This document shows positions 1-8,503 of a stretch of DNA of 64,000 nt, one piece after another (position 1 is the stretch's first letter; each line of letters begins with the position of its first letter). This stretch comes from Rhizomicrobium sp. (lineage in GTDB: Bacteria > Pseudomonadota > Alphaproteobacteria > Micropepsales > Micropepsaceae), in contig JBOHKI010000003.1 of assembly GCA_050728855.1 (NCBI GenBank), positions 43,894 to 107,893 on the forward strand, read 5' to 3'. Below the pieces are notes generated by a model. It was not told the DNA's origin and ran no database searches. It was given only the letters and a program-made list of their open reading frames with translations. The position numbers and the translations under genes are program-made.

Positions 1-63
1 GGATGACATTTTCTCTCCAGCGGAAAACGAGCCAGATATCGCTGCTGCAATTGCGTACAGACC

Positions 64-447
64 TTAATGCTGCGCCAGGCTCAGATTGTTGCCGTCGGGG
101 TCGAGGAACCAGGCGACTTTCGCGGCGCCGCCGGGCGCGGTCCAGATGCCGAGCGCATCCTGTTCGAAGCCGGGATAGCGCTGGAACACGACGCCCTTGG
201 CGGCCAGCGCTTTCGCCGCGGCGGCGATGTCGGGCACTTCCCAGCCCAGCACGGTCTGGGGCTGCGGCGTGTGTTCCTTCACGCTGGCCACGCGCAGCGC
301 GATGCCGTGGCCCGCGTCGTAGACCACCGCGAAGGGGTCCTCATGCGTCTGCTTGAGGCCCAGCACGCCGGCATAGAACGCCTTGGCGCGTTCGCGGTCG
401 GAGGTGGCAATGAAGGTCGCGGGCTTGGCGGATGCGGGGAGCGACAT
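64..447 (-). CDS. VOC/glyoxalase family protein
   Basis: FIATSDRERAKAFYAGVLGL and AWFLDPDGNNLSL are typical VOC motifs; ATG at 447 preferred over the upstream start at 477. Confidence 0.85.
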   Translation of the reverse strand: MSLPASAKPATFIATSDRERAKAFYAGVLGLKQTHEDPFAVVYDAGHGIALRVASVKEHTPQPQTVLGWEVPDIAAAAKALAAKGVVFQRYPGFEQDALGIWTAPGGAAKVAWFLDPDGNNLSLAQH

Positions 448-503
448 TGCGAAGGCCTCCGGAGCGGGACTAAACACTAGCGCGGAACCAAGCGGATTGC
501 GCC

Positions 504-956
504 ATGCCGGGTCTCTATTTCGAGGAGTTTTCCGTGGGCCAGACTTTCGTCCATCCCATCCGGCGCACCGTGACGGAGGCCGACAACGTCTTCTTCACCG
601 CGATCACGCACAACCCCGCCCAGCTTCATCTCGACGAGGAATACGCCAAGGGCACGGAGTTCGGCACCCGCGTCGTCAACTCGCTGTTCACGCTGGGCCT
701 GATGATCGGCATCTCGGTCGGCGAAACCACGCTCGGCACCACCGTCGCCAATCTCGGCATGGACGAGGTGCGCTTCCCCAAGCCCGTCTTCCACGGCGAC
801 ACGCTGCATGTGGAGAGCGAGGTGCTGGAGCTGCGCGCCAGCAAATCCCGCCCCGGCCAGGGCATCGTCACCTTTCTGCACAAGGCGATCAACCAGAAGG
901 GCGAGACCGTCGCCAAGTGCAAGCGCAGCGCGCTGATGCTGGGGAGGCCGAAGTGA
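504..956 (+). CDS. MaoC family dehydratase
   Basis: [31 protein letters not shown] and [13 protein letters not shown] hotdog-fold motifs. Confidence 0.9.
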   Translation: MPGLYFEEFSVGQTFVHPIRRTVTEADNVFFTAITHNPAQLHLDEEYAKGTEFGTRVVNSLFTLGLMIGISVGETTLGTTVANLGMDEVRFPKPVFHGDTLHVESEVLELRASKSRPGQGIVTFLHKAINQKGETVAKCKRSALMLGRPK

Positions 957-969
957 TGGCGCCAACGGT

Positions 970-1146
970 TCCCTCTCCCCCGCAATGCGGGGGAGAGGGT
1001 TAGGGTGAGGGGGTGCGGGAGTCTGAATATGGAAGTCGGGGATCGGGAATAGTGCGAGTACCAATTTGCCCATCCCCATCTGCCGTCTTCCGTGTTCCGA
1101 TACCCCCTCACCCTAACCCTCTCCCCCACATGCGCGGGGAGAGGGA
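970..1146. repeat. Intergenic palindromic element (REPIN-like), CCCCTCACCCTAACCCTCTCCCC family
   Basis: Arms 970-1013 and 1103-1146 are inverted copies, each with an internal CCCTCTCCCC..GGGGAGAGGG hairpin, around an 89-nt spacer. Confidence 0.85.
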
Positions 1147-1170
1147 GCGAACGCGACCGAGGAGGTGGAA

Positions 1171-1401
1171 TTGCGCGCTACAATCGATGTCGACGACGAA
1201 TTGTTTTTTCGGGCTTACGATGTGCTTCAAGTGCGAAATACCGAATCCATCTTGAACGCCGCCTTGGAGGCGCTCGTCGAGCGCGAGGCAGCGCGACGTC
1301 TGGCGCTATTGGGCGGCACGCAGCCGGACTTGCGGATACCAGGACGACGGCGCCGCCAGCGTCCCCAAGGTTCATCCCGGAAGGAATCGAAGCGGCCATG
1401 A
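1171..1401 (+). CDS. VapB-like (RHH, DUF2191-type) antitoxin, orphan
   Basis: GGAGG at 1161-1165 then TTG start gives MRATIDVDDEL...ALEALVEREAARRLALLGGTQPDL, matching the MRTTxxLDDEL..ALxALIERESARRLAxLGG pattern. Confidence 0.75.
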   Translation: MRATIDVDDELFFRAYDVLQVRNTESILNAALEALVEREAARRLALLGGTQPDLRIPGRRRRQRPQGSSRKESKRP

Positions 1402-2270
1402 TCCTTCGCTCGCTCCTTTTTGTCCCGGCCGACAGCGAGAGGAAGCTCGCCAGGGCGGCGTCCTCGCCCGCCGATGCGCTGATCCTCGATCTGGAGGACG
1501 CGGTGGCTGCGGAGAACCGGCCCAAGGCGCGCGCGCTGGCGAAGGAATTCCTCAAGGGCGATCATCCCCAGTCGCTCTGGGTGCGGGTCAATCCCCTGGG
1601 CAGCGATGATTTCATCCGCGACGTCGAGGCCATGGTGGCGAGCCGGCCGGCGGGCTTCATCGTGCCCAAGCCCGACGGGCCGCACACGCTGGGCGTGATC
1701 GACGCCCATCTCATCACCCGCGAGGTCAATGCCGGCCTGCCGCGGGGCACGATCAAGCTCATTCCCGTGGCCAGCGAAACCCCCATCGCGGCGCTGTCGC
1801 TCCAGGACTACCGCTCGCCGCCGCCGCGCCTGGCCGCGATGACGTGGGGCGCGGAGGATCTCGCCGCCGCATTGGGCGCCGTCACCAATCGCGACGAACA
1901 CGGCGCGTTCCTGTTCACCCACCGGATGGTGCGTTCGCTCTGCCTGATCGCCGCCAAGGCCGCCGGTGTCGACGCCATCGAGACCCTCCACGCCGATTTC
2001 CGCGACCGCGCCGGGCTGGAGCGCGCCGCCCGCTCGGCCCAGCGCGAAGGCTTCAGCGGCATGCTCGCCATCCATCCCGACCAGGTGGAGCCCATCAACG
2101 CCGCCTTCACGCCATCGGCGGGCGATGTCGAGCACGCGAAGAAGGTCGTGGCCGCCTTCGCGTCGGGCGCGGGCGTCGCTTCCCTCGACGGCAAGATGCT
2201 CGACCAGCCGCACCTGAAACAGGCAAAGCACGTGCTCGCGCTGCATGCACAGATCGCTTCAAAGAAATAG
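1398..2270 (+). CDS. CitE/HpcH-HpaI family acyl-CoA lyase
   Basis: RSLLFVPAD, DALILDLEDAV, WVRVN, GAEDL, GMLAIHPDQV, LDGKMLD motifs; ATGA overlap with the upstream stop. Confidence 0.9.
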   Translation: MILRSLLFVPADSERKLARAASSPADALILDLEDAVAAENRPKARALAKEFLKGDHPQSLWVRVNPLGSDDFIRDVEAMVASRPAGFIVPKPDGPHTLGVIDAHLITREVNAGLPRGTIKLIPVASETPIAALSLQDYRSPPPRLAAMTWGAEDLAAALGAVTNRDEHGAFLFTHRMVRSLCLIAAKAAGVDAIETLHADFRDRAGLERAARSAQREGFSGMLAIHPDQVEPINAAFTPSAGDVEHAKKVVAAFASGAGVASLDGKMLDQPHLKQAKHVLALHAQIASKK

Positions 2271-2279
2271 CATACGTTC

Positions 2280-2373
2280 GTCATGGCCGCCCTTGTGGCG
2301 GCCATCCATATTCCAGAGTCCCAACCGGTTGGCACTCTGGAATATGGATGGCCGGGACAGGCCCGGCCATGAC
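2280..2373. repeat. Palindromic element, GTCATGGCCG..CGGCCATCCA / TGGATGGCCGGG..CCCGGCCATGAC family
   Basis: Near-perfect 94-nt inverted repeat with nested hairpins between convergent genes. Confidence 0.85.
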
Positions 2374-2382
2374 GGTTGATTT

Positions 2383-4350
2383 CTATTGTTTGATAGCGTG
2401 CTTCCGCGCGCGGCCCATGATCCAGCCGTAGAGCAGCACGATCTGGGCGGCGAACAGGCCGGTGGCGATCCAGTTGATGTACGCAAAATCGCCGCCGACC
2501 AGCGCGAAGGGCGTGTCCTTGCCGGTGGCGGAGATCACGCCGGCCAGGATCACGCCCCACAGGCTCTCGCCCACGATCATGCCCGAGGCGATGAGCACCG
2601 CGAGGCGCCTGGAATAATCCGGATTGGGCGTGCGCCGGGTCCACACATTGTAGAGATGGCCGATGACGGCGCCGATCACCACCGGCAGCGTGGCGCTCAT
2701 CGGCAGGTAGATGCCGATGCCCACGGCCAGCGGAGACAGCCGCAGCAGCTTGGCCAGCCCCAGCACCTCGTCGAGCACGATGAGCCCCACGCCGATGCCC
2801 GCGCCGATCAGCAGCATCCGGACGTTGAGGTTGCCGCCGATCACGCCCTGCGCCAGCGCGCTGATCAGCGTCGCCTGCGGCGCGGCGAGCGGATGCGACG
2901 TGACGGTGTGAAGATTGGGCGCGCCCGCGAAGCCGAAGGCGTGGGCCAGCAGGTTCAGCACCGGCGGGATGACGGCCGCGCCCGCGATGACGCCGATGAT
3001 CAGCGCCCATTGCTGCGCCCGCGGCGTGGCGCCGACGAGCTGGCCCGTCTTCAGGTCCTGGAGGTTGTTGTTGGAGATGGTGGCGATGGCGAAGACAATG
3101 GCGGTCGCGAACAGCGCGTAGGCGACGAGCGCGGTGCGCTGCTCGGGCGCGGGATGGACGATCACCGCCAGCAGCGCCGCGCAGGCGACGATGGCGAGAA
3201 TCCCCACGCCCGAGATCGGCGAGTTCGACGCCCCGATCAGGCCCGCCATGTAGCCGCAGATCGCCGCCACCAGGAAGCCGCCGATGAAGATGAAGGGGAT
3301 CGCGGCCACGATCAGCGTCGTGGAACTCGCCGCCAGCGGCGTCGCGGCGAGGAAGAGATAGAGCAGATAGCCGATGACCAGCAGGCAGAGGATCGCGATC
3401 AGCAGGATCATGCCCGGCGACAGGTCGAGGTCGCGCTTGTCGCCGCCCGCCTTGGCCGCGCGCGACGACGACAGCGTCGACACCACGCCGCTGACCACGG
3501 GGCCGATCAGCTTGATCAGCGTCCACACCGAGGCCACCGCGATCGCGCCCGCGCCGATGAAGCGCACCTGGGTTCGCCAGATATGGTCGGTATAGGCCGC
3601 GATGTCCGCCCCCGCCGCCGGCGGCGTCAGATGGGTAAGGATCGGCACCGCGCCGACCCACGAAATCGCGAGCCCCAGCAGCATCGCCATGCCGACCGAC
3701 AGGCCGACGAGATAGCCCGCGCCGACCAGCGCCAGCGAGAAGCCCATGTCGAAGCCGCTGGTGGCATTGGCATAGCCGAAGCGGTCGAGCCGGAAGAACG
3801 CCGTGAATTCCGTCGTCGCGAAATTGGTCGCGGCCACGATGGCGAGCCCGGCCGAGGCCACCGCGCCGTAGACCACCGCCATCAGCCCTTCGCGCGATTC
3901 CGCCGAGTTGGACACGCGCGCCGCCTCGCCCACCTCCAGCACCTCGGCCGCGGCGACGCCTTCGGGATAGGGCAGGTCGGATGTCGTCACCATCGCGCGC
4001 CGGAGCGGGATGGTGAACAGCACGCCCAGTATGCCGCCCGAGGCGCAGATCCAGAACGAGGTCCAGAACGGGAAGTCGGCCCACCAGCCCACGATGAGAA
4101 GCCCCGGCAGCACGAAGATGATCGCCGACAGCGTGCCCGCCGCCGACGCCACCGTCTGCACGATGTTGTTCTCCAGGATGGAGGAATCCTTCACCGCCGA
4201 CAGCACCGCCATCGAGATCACCGCCGCCGGGATCGAGGTTGCGAAGGTGAGCCCGACCTTGAGCCCCAGATAGACGTTGGCCGCGGTGAATATCAGCGTG
4301 ATGGCAACGCCGAGGACGAGCCCCCGGATGGTGATTTCGCGAACGGCCAT
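2383..4350 (-). CDS. OPT family oligopeptide transporter
   Basis: EITIRG..ANVYLGLKVGLTFATSIPAAVISM, ENNIVQT.ASAA, LPYPEG.A, SNSPISG, NLQDLKTG.LVGATP. Confidence 0.92.
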   Translation of the reverse strand: MAVREITIRGLVLGVAITLIFTAANVYLGLKVGLTFATSIPAAVISMAVLSAVKDSSILENNIVQTVASAAGTLSAIIFVLPGLLIVGWWADFPFWTSFWICASGGILGVLFTIPLRRAMVTTSDLPYPEGVAAAEVLEVGEAARVSNSAESREGLMAVVYGAVASAGLAIVAATNFATTEFTAFFRLDRFGYANATSGFDMGFSLALVGAGYLVGLSVGMAMLLGLAISWVGAVPILTHLTPPAAGADIAAYTDHIWRTQVRFIGAGAIAVASVWTLIKLIGPVVSGVVSTLSSSRAAKAGGDKRDLDLSPGMILLIAILCLLVIGYLLYLFLAATPLAASSTTLIVAAIPFIFIGGFLVAAICGYMAGLIGASNSPISGVGILAIVACAALLAVIVHPAPEQRTALVAYALFATAIVFAIATISNNNLQDLKTGQLVGATPRAQQWALIIGVIAGAAVIPPVLNLLAHAFGFAGAPNLHTVTSHPLAAPQATLISALAQGVIGGNLNVRMLLIGAGIGVGLIVLDEVLGLAKLLRLSPLAVGIGIYLPMSATLPVVIGAVIGHLYNVWTRRTPNPDYSRRLAVLIASGMIVGESLWGVILAGVISATGKDTPFALVGGDFAYINWIATGLFAAQIVLLYGWIMGRARKHAIKQ

Positions 4351-4434
4351 AATTTCCCCCAGATTTGAGCCGGAGATTGTCCCGGGAAGCGCGCCGCCGC
4401 CAGTGAAATCTTGGGCGCCGCGAGTGGGGTTTCG

Positions 4435-6183
4435 ATGCGCCGGTTGGTCTTCGCCGCGTTCATGATATTCACGGCCAGCGCCGGCTGGGCGGCGGAGCCG
4501 TTGCCTTCCGGCTTCCCGGGTTGCGGCACGCTTGCGTCTTGTCTCGAGGCGCTGGACGTGACCGTGAAGGCGGCGCCGTATGGCGGGTTCTCGGAGAACG
4601 ATGCCATTTACCGCACATCGCTCGAGCGTTTCGGCCGAGCCGCGAAGATCGCGCTGCTTGTCCGCGCGCAAGGCAGCGATCCGGGATGGCGCGAGCGGGC
4701 GGATGCGATCCTCATGGGATGGAAGGATTTCGACGCCTCCGACGTCCCGGCCCTGGTTCACGCCCTGAACCTGAGCCCGGGCGGATGGATCGCCCGTCCG
4801 CTCGGTCGCATTGGAACGCCGGACGCGATGCAGGCCCTGGTGGCGGACGTGGCGCGCTATGGTGACATTCAAAACCAATCCGGATTGGTATTGACCTCGC
4901 TGGGGACCAAGACACTTCCCTATCTCTGGCCGATGCTGGAAGACGCTGAAAAAGCGCGCGCAGCCATCGCGCTGATCCAGAATATGAAGGACGTGGCCGC
5001 ACCTTCCGTGCCGGGATGGATGCAGATCGCCGCCGACAAGACGCAGTCTCCGGCGCGCCGCGCGGCCTCTTTGCGTGCGGTCCAGGGTGCAATCGCGTTT
5101 GCCAAACCCTACGCCGGCGAGATTCGAGCGCTGCTGGATGAGTCCGATCCGGTGCACGGCGCCGCGAAGACTCTGTTGCTTCTCATGGGCGACGATTCGA
5201 TGCTGGTCGAGGTACTCGCGACCTGCAGAGCAACGCCGGACGCGTTCACCGACACGGATGACATTGCGGATTGCCCATCACGACTCGCGGTCTATGGCGA
5301 AAAGCTCCTGCCCGGCGGCAACCTCGTCCTCACGAGGTTCGCGGAATCCCACAATGGGCTCGACCGCGCGCGGGGCGCGTTGCTGCTGGGCTATATCGGT
5401 TATCGCCCCGCGACAGCGACGCTGGAGAAGATGCTCGACGATCCGGATTGGCGGGCGGTTTATGGCGCCGCCCGCGCGCTGGCATGGCTCGGGGCGAGGG
5501 ACGCGATACCGTCGTTGCGCCGGCTCGCCATGACGCATTGGCTGGAGGCGGTGCGGAACGAAGCCGGGCTCGATCTTGCCGCGCTGCAATCGCCGGCAGG
5601 CGCGCTGGCGCGCCCGCCGGTGCGGCCGGGCAACTCGAATTTTCCGCCGGATGTCCTGGCGATCGACGTGACGGCGGAAGACGCGCCCGACGTTGCGCCC
5701 TGCGAAGCCGGCGTGTGGGCGTGGAAGGGACTGCGCTTCTCCGCGCCGGAGCAGTCGCGCGAGGACGTCGCGTTCAAAGGCGGCGTGCTCAAGGGACGCG
5801 ACATGGGCGAATGGGGCGGAGACCTGAGATGGATCGCTCCCGACGGCAGCGAAGTCATTCTGGAAGGTGGCAACGTTGCCGGTCTCGCGCCGTCCGAGGA
5901 CGGCGTGGTCGCGGTGTTCGGCGAAGTCGGCCTCTATCACCCATACGGCCAGTTACCGGGCTCAATCGTTGTCAGCAACGGTCCATCCGGTTTCGGCTAT
6001 GCCTTGCGCGCCGCGCAGGACGCCAGCGGCGCCTGGCATCTTCGGGAGATCGCGCGCCTGCCCCGGGCAGCCGATGCGTTCGACAGGGTCGCGCCCGATC
6101 TCTACGCCGCCTGGAGCGGTGGCCGCGCGGTGATGTTCTCGAACGAAAAAATCCTGGGCCTCGCCGTCTGCGTGGCGAAATAA
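4435..6183 (+). CDS. Exported HEAT-repeat protein with C-terminal beta-rich domain, function unknown
   Basis: Signal peptide MRRLVFAAFMIFTASAGWA; HEAT-like helices such as RARGALLLGYIG..ATATLEKMLDDPDWRAVYGAARALAWLG. Confidence 0.7.
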   Translation: MRRLVFAAFMIFTASAGWAAEPLPSGFPGCGTLASCLEALDVTVKAAPYGGFSENDAIYRTSLERFGRAAKIALLVRAQGSDPGWRERADAILMGWKDFDASDVPALVHALNLSPGGWIARPLGRIGTPDAMQALVADVARYGDIQNQSGLVLTSLGTKTLPYLWPMLEDAEKARAAIALIQNMKDVAAPSVPGWMQIAADKTQSPARRAASLRAVQGAIAFAKPYAGEIRALLDESDPVHGAAKTLLLLMGDDSMLVEVLATCRATPDAFTDTDDIADCPSRLAVYGEKLLPGGNLVLTRFAESHNGLDRARGALLLGYIGYRPATATLEKMLDDPDWRAVYGAARALAWLGARDAIPSLRRLAMTHWLEAVRNEAGLDLAALQSPAGALARPPVRPGNSNFPPDVLAIDVTAEDAPDVAPCEAGVWAWKGLRFSAPEQSREDVAFKGGVLKGRDMGEWGGDLRWIAPDGSEVILEGGNVAGLAPSEDGVVAVFGEVGLYHPYGQLPGSIVVSNGPSGFGYALRAAQDASGAWHLREIARLPRAADAFDRVAPDLYAAWSGGRAVMFSNEKILGLAVCVAK

Positions 6184-6185
6184 AA

Positions 6186-6217
6186 AAGAGGGAGGGCTAA
6201 CTCGAGCCCTCCCTCTT
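6186..6217. terminator. Bidirectional intrinsic terminator
   Basis: AAGAGGGAGGGCT / AGCCCTCCCTCTT 13-bp stem between convergent genes. Confidence 0.7.
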
Positions 6218-6266
6218 CCCGTGGCGCGCCCGTTTGCCCCAGGGCGCGCCGTCGCGGAACGGTCGA

Positions 6267-6938
6267 TCAGTAATGGACGATCTGGGCGGTGTTGCCGATC
6301 GCGGCGGAGGTCGCGGTCACGTTGCCCGTCACGTTCGTGACGCTGCCGTTGACGGCGGAGTTCACGTTCGAGTTGTTGATCTGGTAGTTCTGCACCGCGC
6401 CGTATTTGGCGTTGGTGTCTTCCTCGAAGCTGTTGCCGATCGCGGCGCTGGCCAGGCTCACGTCGTTGCCGGCGTTGGTGACGCTGGCGTTGAGCGTGGA
6501 CGACGGGTCGACCGCGTTGCACTCCTGGTTGGAGTAGACGTTGGTCGAGGTCGGATCCATCGACACGCCGGCCGAGTTGCAGATCGCCTGCGAGGTCAGG
6601 CTCACCGTGCCGCCCGTGTTGTTCACATTGGCGTTCATGTTGGAGCTGATGTTCACGCTGGAGACGTACTGGTTGTTCGTCACCTCGGTGTTGTTCATCG
6701 TGGTGATGTCGACCGCGTTGCCGCCGGCCACCGATTGCTGGGCGACGTTGCCCGAGACGTTCGAGGTGTCGACGTTCAGCGTCGAATTGGCGACGTGGAA
6801 GTCGACTTGGCCGTTCAGGATCGTGCTGGTGCCCTGGCCGGTGATCGCCGGATCAGTCGACCCCGCCGCGTAGGCGAGGCTCAGAGGCAGGATCGTCAGA
6901 ACTGTAGTAGCGATAAGGGTTCTGGTGAGACGTGTCAT
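6267..6938 (-). CDS. hfaD: Holdfast anchor protein HfaD-like (short form)
   Basis: AGGAG RBS; signal peptide; Asn/Ser/Thr/Val-rich with repeated A-x-(G/C)-N motifs (AGGN, AICN, AIGN, AIGN); third gene after hfaA and hfaB. Confidence 0.7.
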   Translation of the reverse strand: MTRLTRTLIATTVLTILPLSLAYAAGSTDPAITGQGTSTILNGQVDFHVANSTLNVDTSNVSGNVAQQSVAGGNAVDITTMNNTEVTNNQYVSSVNISSNMNANVNNTGGTVSLTSQAICNSAGVSMDPTSTNVYSNQECNAVDPSSTLNASVTNAGNDVSLASAAIGNSFEEDTNAKYGAVQNYQINNSNVNSAVNGSVTNVTGNVTATSAAIGNTAQIVHY

Positions 6939-7911
6939 GGTGGTGCTCCTCGGTGTTGGTGACGTCGGCGGACGCGATATGCGCCGGCGGGTTGGGCTGA
7001 TTGTTGTCGTCGGGCCCCGCGAGCGGATCGTCCGCGGCGGCGCAGGCGTTGGCCGGCACGCGGTAGAGGCGTGAGACCATCTGCAGGGTGGCGCGCTCCA
7101 GGACCGAGCGCACGGCGAGCTGGATCGGCTCGAGCGCGCTTTCGCCCACGCTCGCGTCGAAGAAATTGTGGCCCAGGAAGTCGAACACGCCGGCCTGGAT
7201 CTGCCGGCCGATGATCTGCTTCTGGTAGGAGACGACGTCGACGACTTCCAGCGTGTCGGTGTCGACCAGCCTGAGGTCGAGGCCGACATTCATCACATAG
7301 ACGTTGACGCCGGCCGTGCCCTTGACGCTGTTCGTCGCGGTGCCGCCGCCGTCGGCGTTGGCGCCTTCGGAGCGGATGTTGAAGTTGAGCTCGGTGATGC
7401 CGCCGACGATGTAGTAGTTCGAGCCCGGGATCGAGCCCGCGAAGATCTTGCGGTAGTCGCCGCCGTTCTGGGCCGGCGAGGGGCCGGCATCGGGCTTATC
7501 GTCGCTGATAAGCTTGTTGTTGGCGTATTTCAGCTCCATCTCGGCGACGGAGGTGTCGTAGCGCTCCACCATCGGCACGCCGGCCTTGGACAGCGCGCTC
7601 ATTTCCATCAGCGCCGCGCCCTGGGTGATCTTGCGGCCCGAATTGTCGGATTCGTACTTGCCGGTGTAGTCGGCGATCTGGCCGACGGCGACGCGCAGCG
7701 GGCGCTGGGCGGTGTAGTGCGCGAAGCAGCGCAGTGCCGCGGAATAGGGTGTTTCGTTTCCGATCACCGGCGAGCCGCCGATGGGCGCGGTGTAGCGTCC
7801 GGTGTCGTCCGCCGAGGTGCTGATGCAGCCCGACAGCGCCGCCAGTGCGCCGAGCAGCACGAGGGGCTTCAGGAGATGGCGTTTTCCGCGCGAAGTCATG
7901 GCCGAGGACAT
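6853..7911 (-). CDS. hfaB: Holdfast anchor outer-membrane lipoprotein HfaB (CsgG family)
   Basis: Lipobox LAALSGC; VAVGQIADYTGK, ITQGAALM, YYIVGGITELNFNIRS, GLDLRLVDT, EPIQLAVR CsgG-type motifs. Confidence 0.85.
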   Translation of the reverse strand: MSSAMTSRGKRHLLKPLVLLGALAALSGCISTSADDTGRYTAPIGGSPVIGNETPYSAALRCFAHYTAQRPLRVAVGQIADYTGKYESDNSGRKITQGAALMEMSALSKAGVPMVERYDTSVAEMELKYANNKLISDDKPDAGPSPAQNGGDYRKIFAGSIPGSNYYIVGGITELNFNIRSEGANADGGGTATNSVKGTAGVNVYVMNVGLDLRLVDTDTLEVVDVVSYQKQIIGRQIQAGVFDFLGHNFFDASVGESALEPIQLAVRSVLERATLQMVSRLYRVPANACAAADDPLAGPDDNNQPNPPAHIASADVTNTEEHHHDTSHQNPYRYYSSDDPASEPRLRGGVD

Positions 7912-7940
7912 GGGAGGGGCTTCCCTTCTCTTCTCTGAAT

Positions 7941-8369
7941 TCAGTGGCCGATGTTCGAATTGGCCGTCTGGTTTCCGTTGTTGACCTGGTTGCTGTTGAC
8001 GACGACGGTGTTGTTGCTGCCGACGGTCACGACGTTAAGCTGGTTGCCGATCGCAGTGGCCGTTGCAGTAGACATGCCACCGCCCGAAGCGACCGAATTG
8101 GTGAACGTGCCCTGGCTCGACATGCCCGAGATCGTGGCCATCTGCTGCACGCCCGACTGCTGGCTCATCTGCGAGGAGGTGAACTGGCCGTTGACCACGG
8201 TGAGATTGCCGTTGGCGTCGCGCAGCGAGGCGTTGACGGGCGCGTTTTCCTCGCCCGCCGCCATGCCGTAGCCCTGGTTGTAGCTCGAGGAATTCGAATA
8301 ATCGGCCGCCTGCGCCGCGCCGGCGAGGGCGGCGAGTGCAAGAGCGAGGGCGATGGTCTTTGCATGCAT
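7941..8369 (-). CDS. hfaA: Holdfast anchor protein HfaA
   Basis: Signal peptide; YNQGYG..ENAPV..RDANGNLTVVNG and ATAIGNQLNVVTVGSNNTVVVNSNQVNNG match the HfaA pattern. Confidence 0.85.
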   Translation of the reverse strand: MHAKTIALALALAALAGAAQAADYSNSSSYNQGYGMAAGEENAPVNASLRDANGNLTVVNGQFTSSQMSQQSGVQQMATISGMSSQGTFTNSVASGGGMSTATATAIGNQLNVVTVGSNNTVVVNSNQVNNGNQTANSNIGH

Positions 8370-8404
8370 GGCGGTACGAGCCCGGTTGTGTCCGCACCCT
8401 CATC

Positions 8405-8421
8405 AGCAACCGCCGTGCCAA
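8405..8421 (-). promoter_or_regulatory. Sigma54 (-24/-12) promoter of hfaABD
   Basis: The minus strand reads TTGGCACGGCGGTTGCT, a perfect TGGCAC-N5-TTGC, 36 nt upstream of the hfaA ATG. Confidence 0.85.
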
Positions 8422-8503
8422 AGCTTAATGGCCGTTAAGCACGCCGCGTGTTTCATTGCGGCACGAAGCCGTCTAGTTTTGCGCCAAAGCGGAGGAGAGC
8501 GCC

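Noticed and set aside
477-1129. Minus-strand ORFs 477-1079 and 626-1129
   Set aside because: Antisense to maoC and starting inside or across the palindromic element; PHPNPLP/LTLTLS are translations of the repeat
2383-5157. 924-aa version of the OPT transporter ORF
   Set aside because: The extension upstream of 4350 is antisense to the HEAT-repeat gene; OPT similarity starts at MAVREITIRG
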